The notes under the pieces were generated by a model that searched no databases, had not been told where the DNA came from, and saw only the letters and a list, made by a program, of their open reading frames with translations. 64,000 nucleotides of DNA from Geosiphon pyriformis uo1 (Eukaryota > Fungi > Glomeromycota). The stretch spans positions 1 through 64,000 of the forward strand of contig JAAOMT010000445.1 of assembly GCA_016748015.1 (NCBI GenBank). Reading direction: 5' to 3'. The position numbers and the translations under genes were made by a program. Below, piece after piece: positions 25,661 through 39,220 of the stretch (its first letter is position 1; each line of letters begins with the position of its first letter).

Positions 25661-28353
25661 TCAGTCTTATTTAATTAGAGTTTTAATCATATTTTTTTTT
25701 GTTTTTTGATTTTATTATATATAATAGCAAAAAGCATGCTATTTTTTTAACTTGTATTCTGCAAAGTTATAAGAATATTATACTTTATAATAAAGTTTAT
25801 GGTGCTTAATTGATATTATACAAATAATAAAAACCAATTAAAAATTACAAAACACTTTAAAGAAAATGGTTTTTTATACATAAAACAGTTTTTAAGTTTA
25901 GCTTGGGTCAAAGATAAACCAAATTTTTATTTATAAACAAATATAATAGATAATTTAACTAAAAAGTATATATACATAATATGTAATTTTGACTTTTATA
26001 AAACACTTATTATTTTTGTTTAAAAGGCAAAATTGCATAAAATAATATTTATTAGAAATGTAATTTGAATTATTAACATTATTACTTACAAAAAAAAACA
26101 GATATAGAAAATAGTAGACCAATAAAAAAGTAGTAATTAGCATGTGAGCACATTGCTTAACAATATGAAGCAATGTCAGAAATCACAACATATTGCTCAA
26201 CAATATGGAACAATATCAGAAAATCACAGCACATTGCTCAACAATGTGAAACAATATTAGAAAATTAGAGCACATTGCTTAGCAATATGAGTATTACTCA
26301 AAAAATTATAGCACATTGCTCAGAAATATGAGTGATCTCATAGAACATCAATTATGTATATATAATAGTAGCAGTAAAAGAAAAAAAAACAGACCTTTTA
26401 GTTTAGATTTAATCTAAGCAATCTTCCACATCACAAATATCAAATAAATAATTATTTATTATCTCAAATCTATTCTTTACTATCAATACTTTATGTTAAT
26501 AGTAATTGATATTTAATCACACTGGAACAATAGCTTTTGATCATGGCTATTGACAGGATACTAATTTTTATCACCTTGGCTTATTTCTTTATTTTTTTTA
26601 TTTTTTTTATTTTCTTTTTTTTGTTATTTCTTTTTGTTAAGTATTAATTGATTAAAAGATTAAAGCACTAAGTTATTAACGTCAAAAATTGCCTGGTAAA
26701 AGACTCTTACAAGTGGGTAGAGCATGTAAAGAAATTATGGATTACTTACCAGAGAAGTACCAGCCATCAAGCTGAAGAAAAAAATTGACAAAATTGCAAT
26801 TCTGGAAAGCTACGAATAAACAACTATTAAATCTCTGTCCATTATACAAAGGATTCAACCAAAACCTTCAGATAACAATACCTTCAGATTACCATTATTA
26901 TGAATAGCTTCTAAGCATCAAGTTATAAGTTTTGTTATTTGATTTGAGACCCTAAACCTATTATCTATAACATTTGGTGCTTTCTGTAAGGTATAATCTT
27001 ACAGAAAACCAGCACCAACAACAATCATCCAAAAGTGGCAGAATCAGAAATCATAGGAGCAAACCATTTAGGATTTGCCAAATCCTTGTTTTAACAGTAC
27101 AGCCAATAATTAAGATTAAACAATAACCATTTTTCAGCAGAATCAGCCTTTAACTTTTATGTTAACAATAAAATCACAGACTTTTTAGGAAGAACAGTTA
27201 ACATTGAATCCACAAGAGAAAATTTCTATACAAAATTGTTTCAATATACCAGCTTACCAAGAAACTACAGTTTTGCACTAATCATCAGGGAAATCAATTA
27301 AACTATTGAAAAGTACACCTAACAACAATTCTCTATCACCTATGCAGACAAAGACAAAGAAAAATTGCAAACACTAGTAATAACACCCAAAAAGATACAA
27401 CCACCCACTTGAAAAAAAACCAGAGTTGAATCACCAACCAATTTATCATATCATTATACACCAGAAAGTGCCATCAATATCTTCTCAGTAGACACATCTA
27501 CATTAAATATGACATTAACTTTTGGGCAATTTCTATTTCAAAGTAAACAAAAAAGAGCAGAGTTATTAGGACCATACAGCAAATATTTTGAAAGATTTAA
27601 ATTGTAATTACCAACACCATTAGAATTTCAATTACTGCTATCTTAACTAGATTTCAGAACTGCAAGTTCATGGAAAGTAATGAAATTAGAAGAAAAAAAA
27701 AGTGTGGATCAGGAATTCACTTATCAAAACCCAATCCTAAAAAATCCAGAAGTTAAAACTTTGAACATTCAAATCCAGCAAACTCAAAACAATCCAAATC
27801 CCGAAACAATTAATCAGCAAAACTTACCTTCAGTAATTATTATCAATCAGCCACCAATTGAACTGATTATTGAACCAATTTAACAGCAGCCACTTCAGCA
27901 ACCTATTCAACAACTGCTTCAACTACCATTATCACAATAACAACAACAAATGACATATGCACCAATTGCAAAGCTGGAAAAATTTTCTGACAAAGAAAAC
28001 AATGCCTAAGCATAGATCAATGACGTCACCAAAGCCATCACTGTCAATAACTGGGATAATGCCAGGACAATGCAAGTCATTTCATATTTTCTCAAGGATA
28101 TTGCTGATTTGTGATATCATAGCTTAGTCCAGAAACCCCAAAACTTTAATGCATTCAAATTAGAATTCCTAAGATATTTTAGTGATAATAACAGCATTAA
28201 CTATTTAACAAGTATCTTCACCACCATAAAGCAAAAGAACACAGAAGCAGTCACTACTTACCTAAGACACTTCCACAAGAATCTGTGCCAGATCCAAGCC
28301 ATCAACACTGATTATTTTATGATAGCACAGATTCTGAATCAGTTCATTCACAG

Positions 28354-29205
28354 TATTATTCATAAAAAAAACAGATATAGAAAATAGCAGACCAATAAAA
28401 GAATAATATTTAGCACATGAGCACATTGCTCAGCAATATGGAGCAATGTCAGAAAGCACAGCACATTGCTCAGCAATGTGGAATGATGTTAAAAAATTAG
28501 GGCATATTGTTTAACAATGTGAGCATTGCTCAAAAAATTATAGCACATTGCCCAGGAATGTGAGCAATCTCATAGAACATCAATTATGTATATATAGTGG
28601 TAATGTTAGAAGTAGAAAAAGCAGAATTTTTTAGTTAGAAATCTTCCATTCACAAATATTAAATAAATAAATCATTTACCATCCAAATTCACTTTTCATT
28701 ATCAACACTTTATGTTAATATTAATTGATACTTAACCACACTAGAATAATAGCTCTTAATCATGGCTATTGATGAGATACTAACTTGTATATTGCCTTGG
28801 CTCATTTCTTTATTTTCTCTTATTTTTTTTTTTCTTTCTTTGATTTTTATTGTCGTATACTAACTAATTAAGAATTAAAGTACTGAGTAATTGACGTCAT
28901 AGATAGCCTGGTAAAAAACCCAGAAATAAGAATAAAATTATATATATATTAACAGATAGCTTACCAGAAGGGCATAACTGCCAGAATAAACTGGCCACCA
29001 AGCTGAAGACAGAAATTGAGAACACAACTCACCAACCAACTACATCATCATTGAATCTCTGTCTATTATACAAAAAACTTTCAATCAAAATCTTTAGATA
29101 AAGACAACGTACTAATATCACCACCATCAGCCATTAGAGTAGATACTGAGCACCAAGTTATGGGTTTGTTATTTGACTTGAGACACCAAATAATCATTTA
29201 TAACA
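28354..29205 (+). mobile_element. Solo LTR B inserted in gag of element A
   Basis: Homologous to the A LTRs; termini TATTA(TGTTA)...TAACA; TSD ACAG/ATGG (both derivable from ACGG); gag ILNQFIH|GLHSSIL resumes. Confidence 0.88.
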
Positions 29206-31220
29206 ATGGATTACACAGCAGCATCCTACAATGCATACAATCAATATATCTAGCCACCCTACAAGATGCAGTCACATACACCAGAAATCTTGAGTCAGCT
29301 AAGTTAAAGACTAATTACACCCAGGCTGTAAATTTAGTAATGAATAGATTATCTAACCTAGATTCCAAACTGAAGCACTTTAGCAATTCAATTAATCAGA
29401 AAATTGAGAAATACTTAGCTAATAATAATTAAGCAATCTATTAAACTCCACAATAATACAGTAATCAAGAAAATGTGAACTGTTTCCAAAATCAGCCATG
29501 TTCATCCTTATTATTTAATCAGCTGTAACAATCAAAGATGTGTGTTTGCCACAACTGTAGTAAACAAGACCATATCTGAACTAACTGCTATTTGTATAGT
29601 AATATATGATTGGGAAATCAATATAGAAACTCTGATTGCAGACTTCAAATGCCAAATCATTATGCAAATCAAGATCAATATCAACTCATTTACCTGCCAA
29701 TGATACAGCAACCTATTTATCAACCATCCATATATCAACCTCCAGTTTATCAACCACAGTCACAAATAATATATCAACCGCAGCCACCAGTTATTTATAA
29801 ACTTCAGCAACTTCAAACACCACCCCAAAACCTCACCCAAATGACATCAAGAAACCTCAGACCCAGAGTCATCCAAAACTGGAGATTGGCAATGGTGGTT
29901 TATCAACTGATTCCCAATTCATCAGATCATCCATCAGGATTATGTCAGTGGTGTTTGAGAGTTGAATACATCCAAAACCTGAATTTTTAGAACTATTTAA
30001 GTCTCCTGGTAATCTCAGAAGATGCCACATCCAACAACCAGAAAACCAATCACACTCCAATACCTACTAACAATATTCCACCAAGTACTATTACAAAGAA
30101 CAAATTACTGAATGCCATCTTTCTGTTTGAACTCAAGGAACCATCAGCCATACTGTTATTTAGTAGAGCCATTCTTGAAGAAAAACCTATTACTGTCATG
30201 TACACTGATGTTAAAGTTGATGGCCACTTCATCAAACTGATCTTAGACAGTGGATCAGCTGGCAGCATCATCACAAGACAACTCATAAACCAATTAAGTC
30301 ACTGAGTTGATCGAACTGCTAGTGCATGAATTATTATTGCTGATGGAATAACCAAAACTCTAATCGGTGTTACAAGTGATTATTTCTGCTGTCAAATCAA
30401 ATAACAAACCCATAACTTGGTGCTTAAAGCTAATTGCAGTTGATATTGGTCTGAAGATTTAGTATCTGAAGGTTTTGGTTGAGTCTTTTGTATAATGAAC
30501 AGAGATTCAAATGGTGTTGATAGTAGATGTATCCTTTCAAGAGTTTTCTTAATTTTTTTCTCAGCATGGTGGCCAGATTTAGTCTGGCAGTCGTGCCCTT
30601 CTGGTAAGCTATTCGATAATATATATAAATTCTACCCTTATTTCTGGGTCTTTTACCAGGCTATCCTTGACATCAATAACTCAGTGCTTAATCTTTTAAT
30701 CAATTAGTATACAACAACAAAATCAAAACGGAAGAAAATAAAATAAATAAGAAATAAAAGTAAGGAAAGTAAAGAAAATAAGCCAAGGCAATTTGGTTCA
30801 TTAGTATCTCGTCAATAGCTGTGATCAAGAGCTATTGTTCCAGTATGGTTAAGTATCAATTACTATCAACATGAAGTGTTGATAGTGGAGAGTGAATTGA
30901 GATATGAAATGATTATTTATTTGATGATTAGTTTTTTGGCTAAGAATTCTGTGATATCGATTCTGTCTTTTCTGTTTTTAACACTACTGCTATATATACA
31001 TAATTGAGATTCCTCAATTTCTTGATTCTTTATGACAGGAATCCTGAAATTCCTGGAATCCTGCAATTCCTAAGAGGAATCCTGGAATTCCATATTTACT
31101 ATGCTTACTTCTGATTGGCTAATAATTATGCTAATATAATTCCTATATTTTTATAAGTAACATTATTTCCTCCTTTCAATATTGAGCTCCATTGAAATCC
31201 AACTTATGTAATTCCCCCTC

Positions 31221-33242
31221 TTAAAGTATTTCTTGGATTTTGTTTTCGAGAATTACTTGTGTTATTTGGGTCTGTAATTCTTTAAATTGAGCATTGGTGA
31301 TTTTTCCCAATTGATTACTAGTCACCATATCTATTGCTCTGTTGAGCAATATTTCTGGTTTATCCTGAAATGCTGTGTGTATTTGGTATATGGTTCGGGC
31401 TTGTGTGGATAAGTTGTTCTTTCCTAAAAAATATTCTAATTGTTGTAGTATTTTTTTGTCGAATAATCGCTTTGTTTTATCCATATATAGATTCTGGATA
31501 TTTATGTGTTGTCCCAAGTAAAAATAACAATAGTTTTATGGAAATTGTTGTATCCACCAATTCCACGTTTCTTTAGTCAACTCTTGATATAGTGACTCTT
31601 TTGTCAATTTTTTTATTACTAATTTTACTTTCGCAATGATTTTGTCCACTGTATTTTCAGTTTTCTTCTGTGTTCTGGATTGCAATGTCTTTCTAGTATC
31701 TTGATATTGAATAGTTTGTTGATTGATTGTAATCTCCATTTCCTGGTGTTAGATTAATTGAAAGAGTTGTTGTGCTAGTGAGTGAATGTTGTCTGTAATT
31801 TCTATTTTTCTGATATTTCCTGTTGCGTCTACCATGTCTTTATATATTCTTTTGATGGATCAATTTAACATGTTGTTGTTGATAATAATGATTGGTTCCA
31901 GATCTTGTGGAATCTTATCTGGTTGGACTAGTATTCTCTGTACTCCTAATTGTGGAATATTACTGGTAGATGGTAGTGTGATGTTATGATATGGTTTCAG
32001 TTGATCTCCATGTGCTGCTTTGGTTAAAATTTTGTTATTTAATCTTAATTTGTAAGCTCCATTTCCTAGAATTTCTTCTATGTGAAATGGTCTGTCCCAT
32101 TTGGGGTCAAATTTTCCACTCCATTGTTTTTCCACTTTGGTACGATGTAGTAATACTTTGTCTCTGATCTTGAATTCAACTGGTTTGTCTGGTAGTTGAC
32201 TATCGTGTCTTTTTTTCTGTGTTTTTTGTGACTTTTGGATATTATCAGCTGCTTTTCTTTGTTTGTTTTTCAATGTTTCCTTTAAGTCATATGTTCTTTT
32301 CAGCAATGTTTCTTGAAAATTTTCCTCTGTTATTGGTTTAGCTGGATATGTATTAATTTTTCTCTCTACTAGTAACGTTGCTATTCTTCCATATACTAAT
32401 TTAAATGGTGTTGCTTATGTAGTATCTTGTTTTGTTGTCCGATAAGCAAATAGTACTGATGGTATGAACAAATCCCAATTGTTCTGGTTTTCTTGGCTGA
32501 GCTTGGCTATTGCTTCACACAATGTTCTGTTGAATTTTTCTACCAATCCGTTGATTTGTAGATAGTATGGTGATGATAATGGTCTTTTGATTCCGAATCT
32601 TTGGCTCAATTCAGTTAATGTTCTGTTCACAAAATGAGTTCCTTGGTCTGATAATAATTTTTTTGGACATCCATGTCGACAAATCAACTTCTGATGAACG
32701 AATTCGGCAACAGATTCTGCATCTGCTCTTTGAATTGCTTTTGTCTCTGGCCATTTCGTGAGATAGTCCATAGCTACTGCTATGTATCTGTTTCCTCTGC
32801 TGGTGATTGTTAATGGTCTGACTAAATCAATTCCCATATGGTCAAATGGTTGTCCCACTTTGATTGGTCTTAATGGTTCACTGGGTCTTGTTCCTCCTTT
32901 TTGCTGACAAGCATCACAATTTTGAACATATTGGATGATGTCTGGGTACATTGATGGCCAATAGTATCTTTTTCTAGTTTTTTCCATGGTTGCTTCTTTG
33001 TGAAAATATCCTGCTGTTGGATTTGAGTACATGTTGAATAATATTGTCTCCTTTTCTGGCTCCGTAATTACTCTGGTTGGTTGATCTGGATCTCTTCTGT
33101 TTTTTTGATAAAGTATATTTTGGTGAGTGATAAAATATTTTAATTGTTGTTTGATACTTCTTCATTCTGTATGAGATAAATTCTCCTTGAACTGTTGAGT
33201 ATTTAGATAATGTTGTAATTGTTAATATTTTTGTATGTTCAT
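31221..33242 (-). pseudogene. Integrase of element C with a long in-frame C-terminal extension
   Basis: Zn-binding region (..CDAC), GIDLV..DYLTKW..SDQGTHF..NGLVEKFN core, GPY/F-like WDRPF. ATG 33242 and ORFs 32415-33032, 31860-32306, 31536-31739 and 31221-31517 all lie in one frame. Confidence 0.85.
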
Positions 33243-33306
33243 CTTTTTGTTGTATTTTTCCGTTGGTATTGTTCTGGTTTTATTATATTTTTGGGTTGCA
33301 ATGTTC

Positions 33307-34600
33307 TTAGATTTGTCTTATTTATGATAGACTATCAGCATTTCCATTGTCTTTTCCTTTTTTGTAATGTATAGTATAATTGTATGGTGTGAGTACCATT
33401 TTCCATCTTGACTGTCTTCCATCTTCAAATTCTTGTTTTTGGAGTGATGTCAATCTCTTGTGATCTGTGTATACTTCAAACTTCTGGTTCAAGTATTCTT
33501 TCCATTTTATGACAGCCCAGTATATTGCTAAGTGTTCTTGTTCCAGTGTTCTATAGTTCTTTTCGGCTGGTGTTAAACCTCTGCTGGCATATGCTACTGG
33601 ATGTTTTCTGCTGTCTGGTCTTCTCTGAGATAATACTGCTTCCAATGCTTGGCTGGATGCATCAGTGGTGATGATGAATGGTTTGCTATAATCTGGATAG
33701 ATCAGTACTGGAGCTTGGATAAGCTTTTTCCTCAGAATATCAAAAGCTTCTTGTTGACTTTCTGTCCATTCATATTTCGCATTTTTGTTTTGTAGTTGAT
33801 TAAGTGGCTACACTATCTTAGAAAAGTTCTTGATAAAATAACAATAGTAGCTGGCAAATCCCAAGAATGATTTCAGTTCTGTTATATTGGTCGGTACTGG
33901 AAAGTTTTTTACTATCTCTATTTTCTCTGAATCCATTTTGATGCCATCTTTGCTGACTATGTGTCCCAAGAATTTGAGTTCCGTCTTGCCAAAGAAGCAC
34001 TTTGTCACATTTAACTTCAGTCCTGCTCTTCTTAGTCTTTCAAACACTTGTTGAAGATGATGAAGATGATCATCAAATGTCTTTGAGAATACATTGGTGT
34101 CATCCAAGTATATAACTACTGATTTCCACAATAAGCCCATATAAACAATTTCCATTAGCCATTGGAAAGTTGCTGGAACATTGGTTAAGCCAAATGGCAT
34201 TACTTCAAATTCGAAATTCTCTTCTCTAGTAGTAAATGCCATCTTCTTTTTGTCAGCTAGATTCATGGCTACTTGCCAGTAACCACTGTTCAAATCTAAT
34301 GTGGAGAACCATTTGTTTCCACCGAAAGCATCAAATAATTCCTGTATTCATGGAGTTAGATAACTGTCTCCACGAGTTACACCATTGAGTTTCCTGTAGT
34401 CTACACAAAACCAGATTTTTCCATTTTTCTTATGGACAAGTACCACTGGTGACAACCATGGACTTATTGATAGTTGAATTAACCCGTTGTCAAGCATTCT
34501 GTTTATCTCTTGATGAATAATCTCGTGGCTGACTGGCGGCACTCTGTATGCTCTTTGTTTGATTGGCATTGTATCTCCAGTTTTGATCTGATGCTGGATG
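33307..34600 (-). pseudogene. Reverse transcriptase and RNase H of element C
   Basis: PIKQRAYR; WFCVDYRKLN; SGYWQV; VMPFGLTNVPATFQ; IYLDDT; TTDASS; VAYASR; VYTDHK; NGNADSLS. Confidence 0.95.
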
Positions 34601-34949
34601 ATGTCAGTTCAGCCAAACTCATTTTTGCTGGCAAAGATGTCATTGAACTTGTTAAGTAACATTTTGAGCTGCATATATTGGAGTGGATCTAAGTTTCCCA
34701 TGTTCATTTGTTCCAATTGTTTTGGTTGGAGCAAATAACATTTGTCTTGTCCATAGATTGTTTGTGATGTGATGTCAACATATCCACAAAGTTGTGGAAA
34801 GTCTAGAATGGAGTTTGGTGGTTGGTCTTTTATTTCTGTGGTTAAATATCTAATGGTTGTTCTTTCTGGTATGCTAATGACATTGCCAGTATTGTTGTAG
34901 ATGGGAATTTTTATGCTGCTATAGCCTTTGGCTGGTATGTGGAGATTGA

Positions 34950-35530
34950 TCAACCCAATCTCTCCCGATTCACAAAGGGTTGCTTCCGCTTCAACATCTG
35001 TTCTTGCTCTTTTTCCTTCCTTTCTATTGCTAACATGTACTGGCTATATGGTGGAATGTAAATAGCTTGACCAGTTGAAATAATTTCTCCTTGGCCAACA
35101 ATTTTTTCCTCTGCCATATTAACTGGTACATCTATTCTACCTGTGAATCCGAATCCCTGTATTCCTCTTGCTGTGATTCCTAATTCCTCCTTTTTTCCTA
35201 CTGATACTAACTGAGCTATTCTAACCAGAGGCAGGAATATTGCCTGTGCTATCTTTTCATTGGGCTCTATTACATAGGCCTTTTCTGAGTCATTTTGTAG
35301 CATAGCAATGATATTTCCTACATATTCCGTGTCAATTATTCCTTCTCTTATATTAATCCCTCTTTTTGCTAAACTACTTTGGGATGCTAGTTGAACCATT
35401 GTTGTTGCTAAGATTTCCAGCACTATTTTCAGATCAATGCAGGTGCATGAATGTGGTTCCAATTTAATAACATCTTTTCCAGGATATCTCAGATCAAACT
35501 CTGCATCAGTATCATGTGCACATTCTGGTA
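34950..35530 (-). pseudogene. dUTPase domain of element C
   Basis: AHDTDAEFDL; ASQSSLAKRG; GIIDTEYVGNI; EKIAQAIF; TARGIQGFGFTG match dUTPase motifs I-V with some mutated residues. Confidence 0.9.
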
Positions 35531-36499
35531 TAATACCTTCCCCATTGTCACTATACTATTTCAACTCTTGTTCCTTGGAAAGATCTGGTAGTGCAATGTA
35601 TTGTTCATAGTTTACCTCAGAGTTTGTATCTGAGTTGGAATCATTATTGTTGTCATTGCTATTTTGAATGGAGTTTGAACCGTTGTTGTCACCATCATTG
35701 TCAGAGTTTGAATTGTGATTGATCGGTGATCCTAATTCTGATGTGCAGCTGCTGATTGGTTCTTCCTCCTCTGGGATTGTGTAGATCATGTGTGGTGGTG
35801 GATTGTAAATGAGGTCACACTCATCGCAATACTGGAAGTCATAGGAAATTAGGCAGTGTTGACATAGTCAAGCATTCAACTGCTCTAATTGTTGTTCTTG
35901 TTCTTCCCTTGTGGGTGCTAATTCTTGGTAGTGTTCATGGAATTGTTCCAGATCCAGGAGGTTTATGATGGGTTCTGTGTCCCAGTCAAGCTCTAAAGGT
36001 TCTGGGAGTTGTCTTTGATCGTTTTTATCTCTTCTGGCATCGCCCCTTCAATTTTTGCAAGTGCTATTTGCCAAATTTCATCGTCGTCATGTGGGCAACT
36101 GTCCAGTCATTGTATGGCTCTTCTCCAGGCTGCTTCTATTGGAGTTTTTTTCTTTACCCAGTCACTTATTAGAATCGTGTATTGACACGATATGTTGCAC
36201 ATTCCTCCTCATCTAGGAATGTCATGCCACATTCCTTTGTCCAAGAGAGTCTCTCCACAAGCTAAGCATGGCTGATTGTCCTATTTCCCTACTTGTTTTG
36301 GTCTTCCAAAGCATTCAAGAACACATGAATGGCAATAGAACCTAGTTGCTGTTGAATATTCCTCATCGTTCCCACAGCATGCACCCATTGACAACAATTT
36401 CTTGCCACAATTGATGCATATAAGCTTGGGTCAATGATAGGTAGATCATTGTGATATAGTATAGGTGTTATAAGCGGTGGTGGTTTAATGTTGCATTAA

Positions 36500-39160
36500 C
36501 TTTGGATAGCCAGTCATTACCAATGAGAGCTTGGTATTGAGTGGCTTCTATTACTAGAACTTTAATGGAAGTTACTATGCCATTGACTTCAAAAAGGAAA
36601 TCGTCAATTTCGCCAATGGGAGTTTTGGTCGCTCCATCGGCTGTGATGATTCTGGCGCTGGCAGCTCAATCAACTCGGCAACCTAATTGTTCCATAAGTT
36701 GTTTAGTGATTATGCTGCCAGCTGATCCACTATCTAGGATGAGTTTGATGGGATGACCATTAACTCTGGCATCTGTGTACATTGCTGTTATGAGTTTTTC
36801 TTCGAGGGCGGCTCCACTGAATAACGGTATTGGTGTGTTTTCTTCAAGTTCGAAAAGAAAGATGGCTGCTAGGGATTTGTCGCTAGAGATGGTTGCCAGT
36901 GGAATGGTGTTGGTAAGTACGTGCTAATTGGATTCTGTGTTGTTGGATGTGGCATTTTCTGGGGTAACTAGGAGACTTAAATAATGTTGAGAATTTGGGT
37001 TTTGAACATGACTGGTATCCAAATTCCGGGTGCGTGATCCTGATGGTGAGTTTAGCAAACTGGGGATTGGTTGGTAAACAACCATCGCCAATCTCCAGTT
37101 TTGAGTGATTCTGAATCGAAAGTTGCCTGATGTCATTTGAGCTGGGTTCTGGGTTGGTGTTTGAATTGGTTGGGGTTGATAGATGATTTGTGGCTGCAGT
37201 TGATATATTATTTGTGGCTGCGGCTGATGAATTGGAGGTTAATATACTGACAGTTGATAGATTGGTTGCTGTGTCATGGGCAGGTAATTATTTTGATATT
37301 GGTCTTGACTCTGATTTGAATAATGATTCGGAGTTTGGAACCGGCAATTGGGGTTTTGATATTGATTTCCCGATCTTTGGTTATTTAGACACTGGTGACA
37401 ATCAATTTGGATATGACTTTGTTTACCACAATAGTGGCAGATATGCATTTCCTGTTGCCACTGTTGATTGGTCGATGAAGATGGACATGGTTAATTTTGG
37501 CCACAATTAGAATTTCCTTGATTATTGCATCATTGTGGAGGCTGATAAATGGCGTGATTGTCAGCTAAGTATCCTTCCAATCTCTTATTAATTAATTCAC
37601 TGAACTTCTCCAATTTAGAATCCAATTTAAATGATCCGTTCATTACTAAGTTAACGGCTTGGGCGTGGTTAGCCTCTGACTTGGCAGATTCAAAATCTCT
37701 GGCACATGTAACTGCATCTTGAAGGGTACCGGATGCAATGGCCATACATGTTGCAATATGCTGCTGTACAAACCATGGATAAATTGATTGAGTATCTGTG
37801 GTGCTATGAAATAATTGGCGTCAATTGCTTGAATTTGGCATAGATTTTGATGGAAGCATTCTAGATAAGTGGTGACTGCTTCAGTTTCTCCTTGTTTTAT
37901 GGTGGTAAATGCATTAACTAGGCGATTAATGCTGTTATTGTTGCTGAAGTATCTTAGAAATTCCGCTTTGAAGGCATTGAAATCTTGTGGTTTATTAACC
38001 AAGCTCTAATACCATGAATTGGCAGTATTCTTGAGAAAGTAGGGAATGGCTTGCATTGTTCGAGCATTATTCTATCCGTTGGCTGTGATGGCTTTTTCTA
38101 TATTGTTCAGCCATATTTGAGTGTCATCCTCTTCACCAGTAAAGTTGTCGAGTTTTGCGATTGGTGCATAGGCCATTGAATCTAAGTTAGGTGGTTGTAG
38201 TGGCTGTTGAAGCAGTTGTTGTTGTCCTGACTGTTGGGGTGGTAGTTGAAGTGGCTGTTGTATGGGTTTGGCTATGGGATTAATTGGCAGTTAATCGATG
38301 ACGATTACCGGAGGTAAGTTTTGCTGATTAATTAATTCGGGTTTTTGATTTCTTTGATTTGGTGGTGTTTGAATATTCAGAGTTTTGATTTCTGGATTTT
38401 TTAACTGTTGCTGAGTTTGAATGTTCGGGGTTTCAACTTCTGGATTTTCAGTGATCAGGTGCTGGTAAGTAAATTCTTGATCCTCTGATTCTTCTTCCTT
38501 CTTTTCTGATTCCACTGCTTCCCACAGATCAAAAATTCCAAAATCTGGTGGAGGTGGTGGTGATCGAAGTCCTGATGGGGTTGATGATTGCGAATTAAAT
38601 CCCTCAAAGTATTTGCTGTATGGTCTTAACAATTCTGTTTTTCTTTGTCTACTTTGGAATAGAAATTGTCCAAATGCTGATGTCGTAGTTGATGGGAACG
38701 TGTCTGTTGATGATATGTTGATGGTGCTTCTAAATGTATAGTGGTAGGATGGGTTGCTTGGGGATTTAACTCTGTTTTTCTTCCAAGCAGGTGGCTGTAT
38801 TTTTCTGGGTGTTACTGCTGGTGTTTGTAATTTTCCCTTGCCTTTACTAGCATATGTAATTGGATATCTTTGTTGAGTGTGATGTTCAATTTCTTTGTTG
38901 ATCTCAGTAATGATGGATGCAAAATTATGATTTGTTGGTAGGTTGGTGTTTTGGATTAATTCCTTATAGAAAGTTTTTCTTGCTGATTCAGTATTCACTG
39001 GTGTTCCTAATAAAAAAGAAATCTTTTCATTGACGTAGAAATTGAAGGCTGATTCAGCGGATATATAATTGTGGTTTAATCCCAAGTATTGACAATAGTA
39101 TTGAAATAAGGATTTTGTGAATCCTAAATGGTTTGCTTCTATAGTTTCTGATTCTGCCAC
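36500..39160 (-). pseudogene. gag (long leader, capsid, CCHC knuckle) and aspartic protease of element C
   Basis: MAYAPIAKLDNFTGEEDD; KQGETEAVTTY; CHYCGKQSHIQIDC; LILDSGSAGSII. Confidence 0.88.
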
Positions 39161-39202
39161 TTTTGGTTTGGTGTTGTCAGTGCTGGTTCTCTGTAAGATT
39201 AT

Positions 39203-39220
39203 ACCTCACAGGGAGCACCA
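39203..39220 (-). promoter_or_regulatory. Primer-binding site of element C
   Basis: TGGTGCTCCCTGTGAGGT 2 nt inside the 5' LTR; complementary to a tRNA ending CCUCACAGGGAGCACCA (resembles Ile-UAU or elongator Met; identity not determined). Confidence 0.85.
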
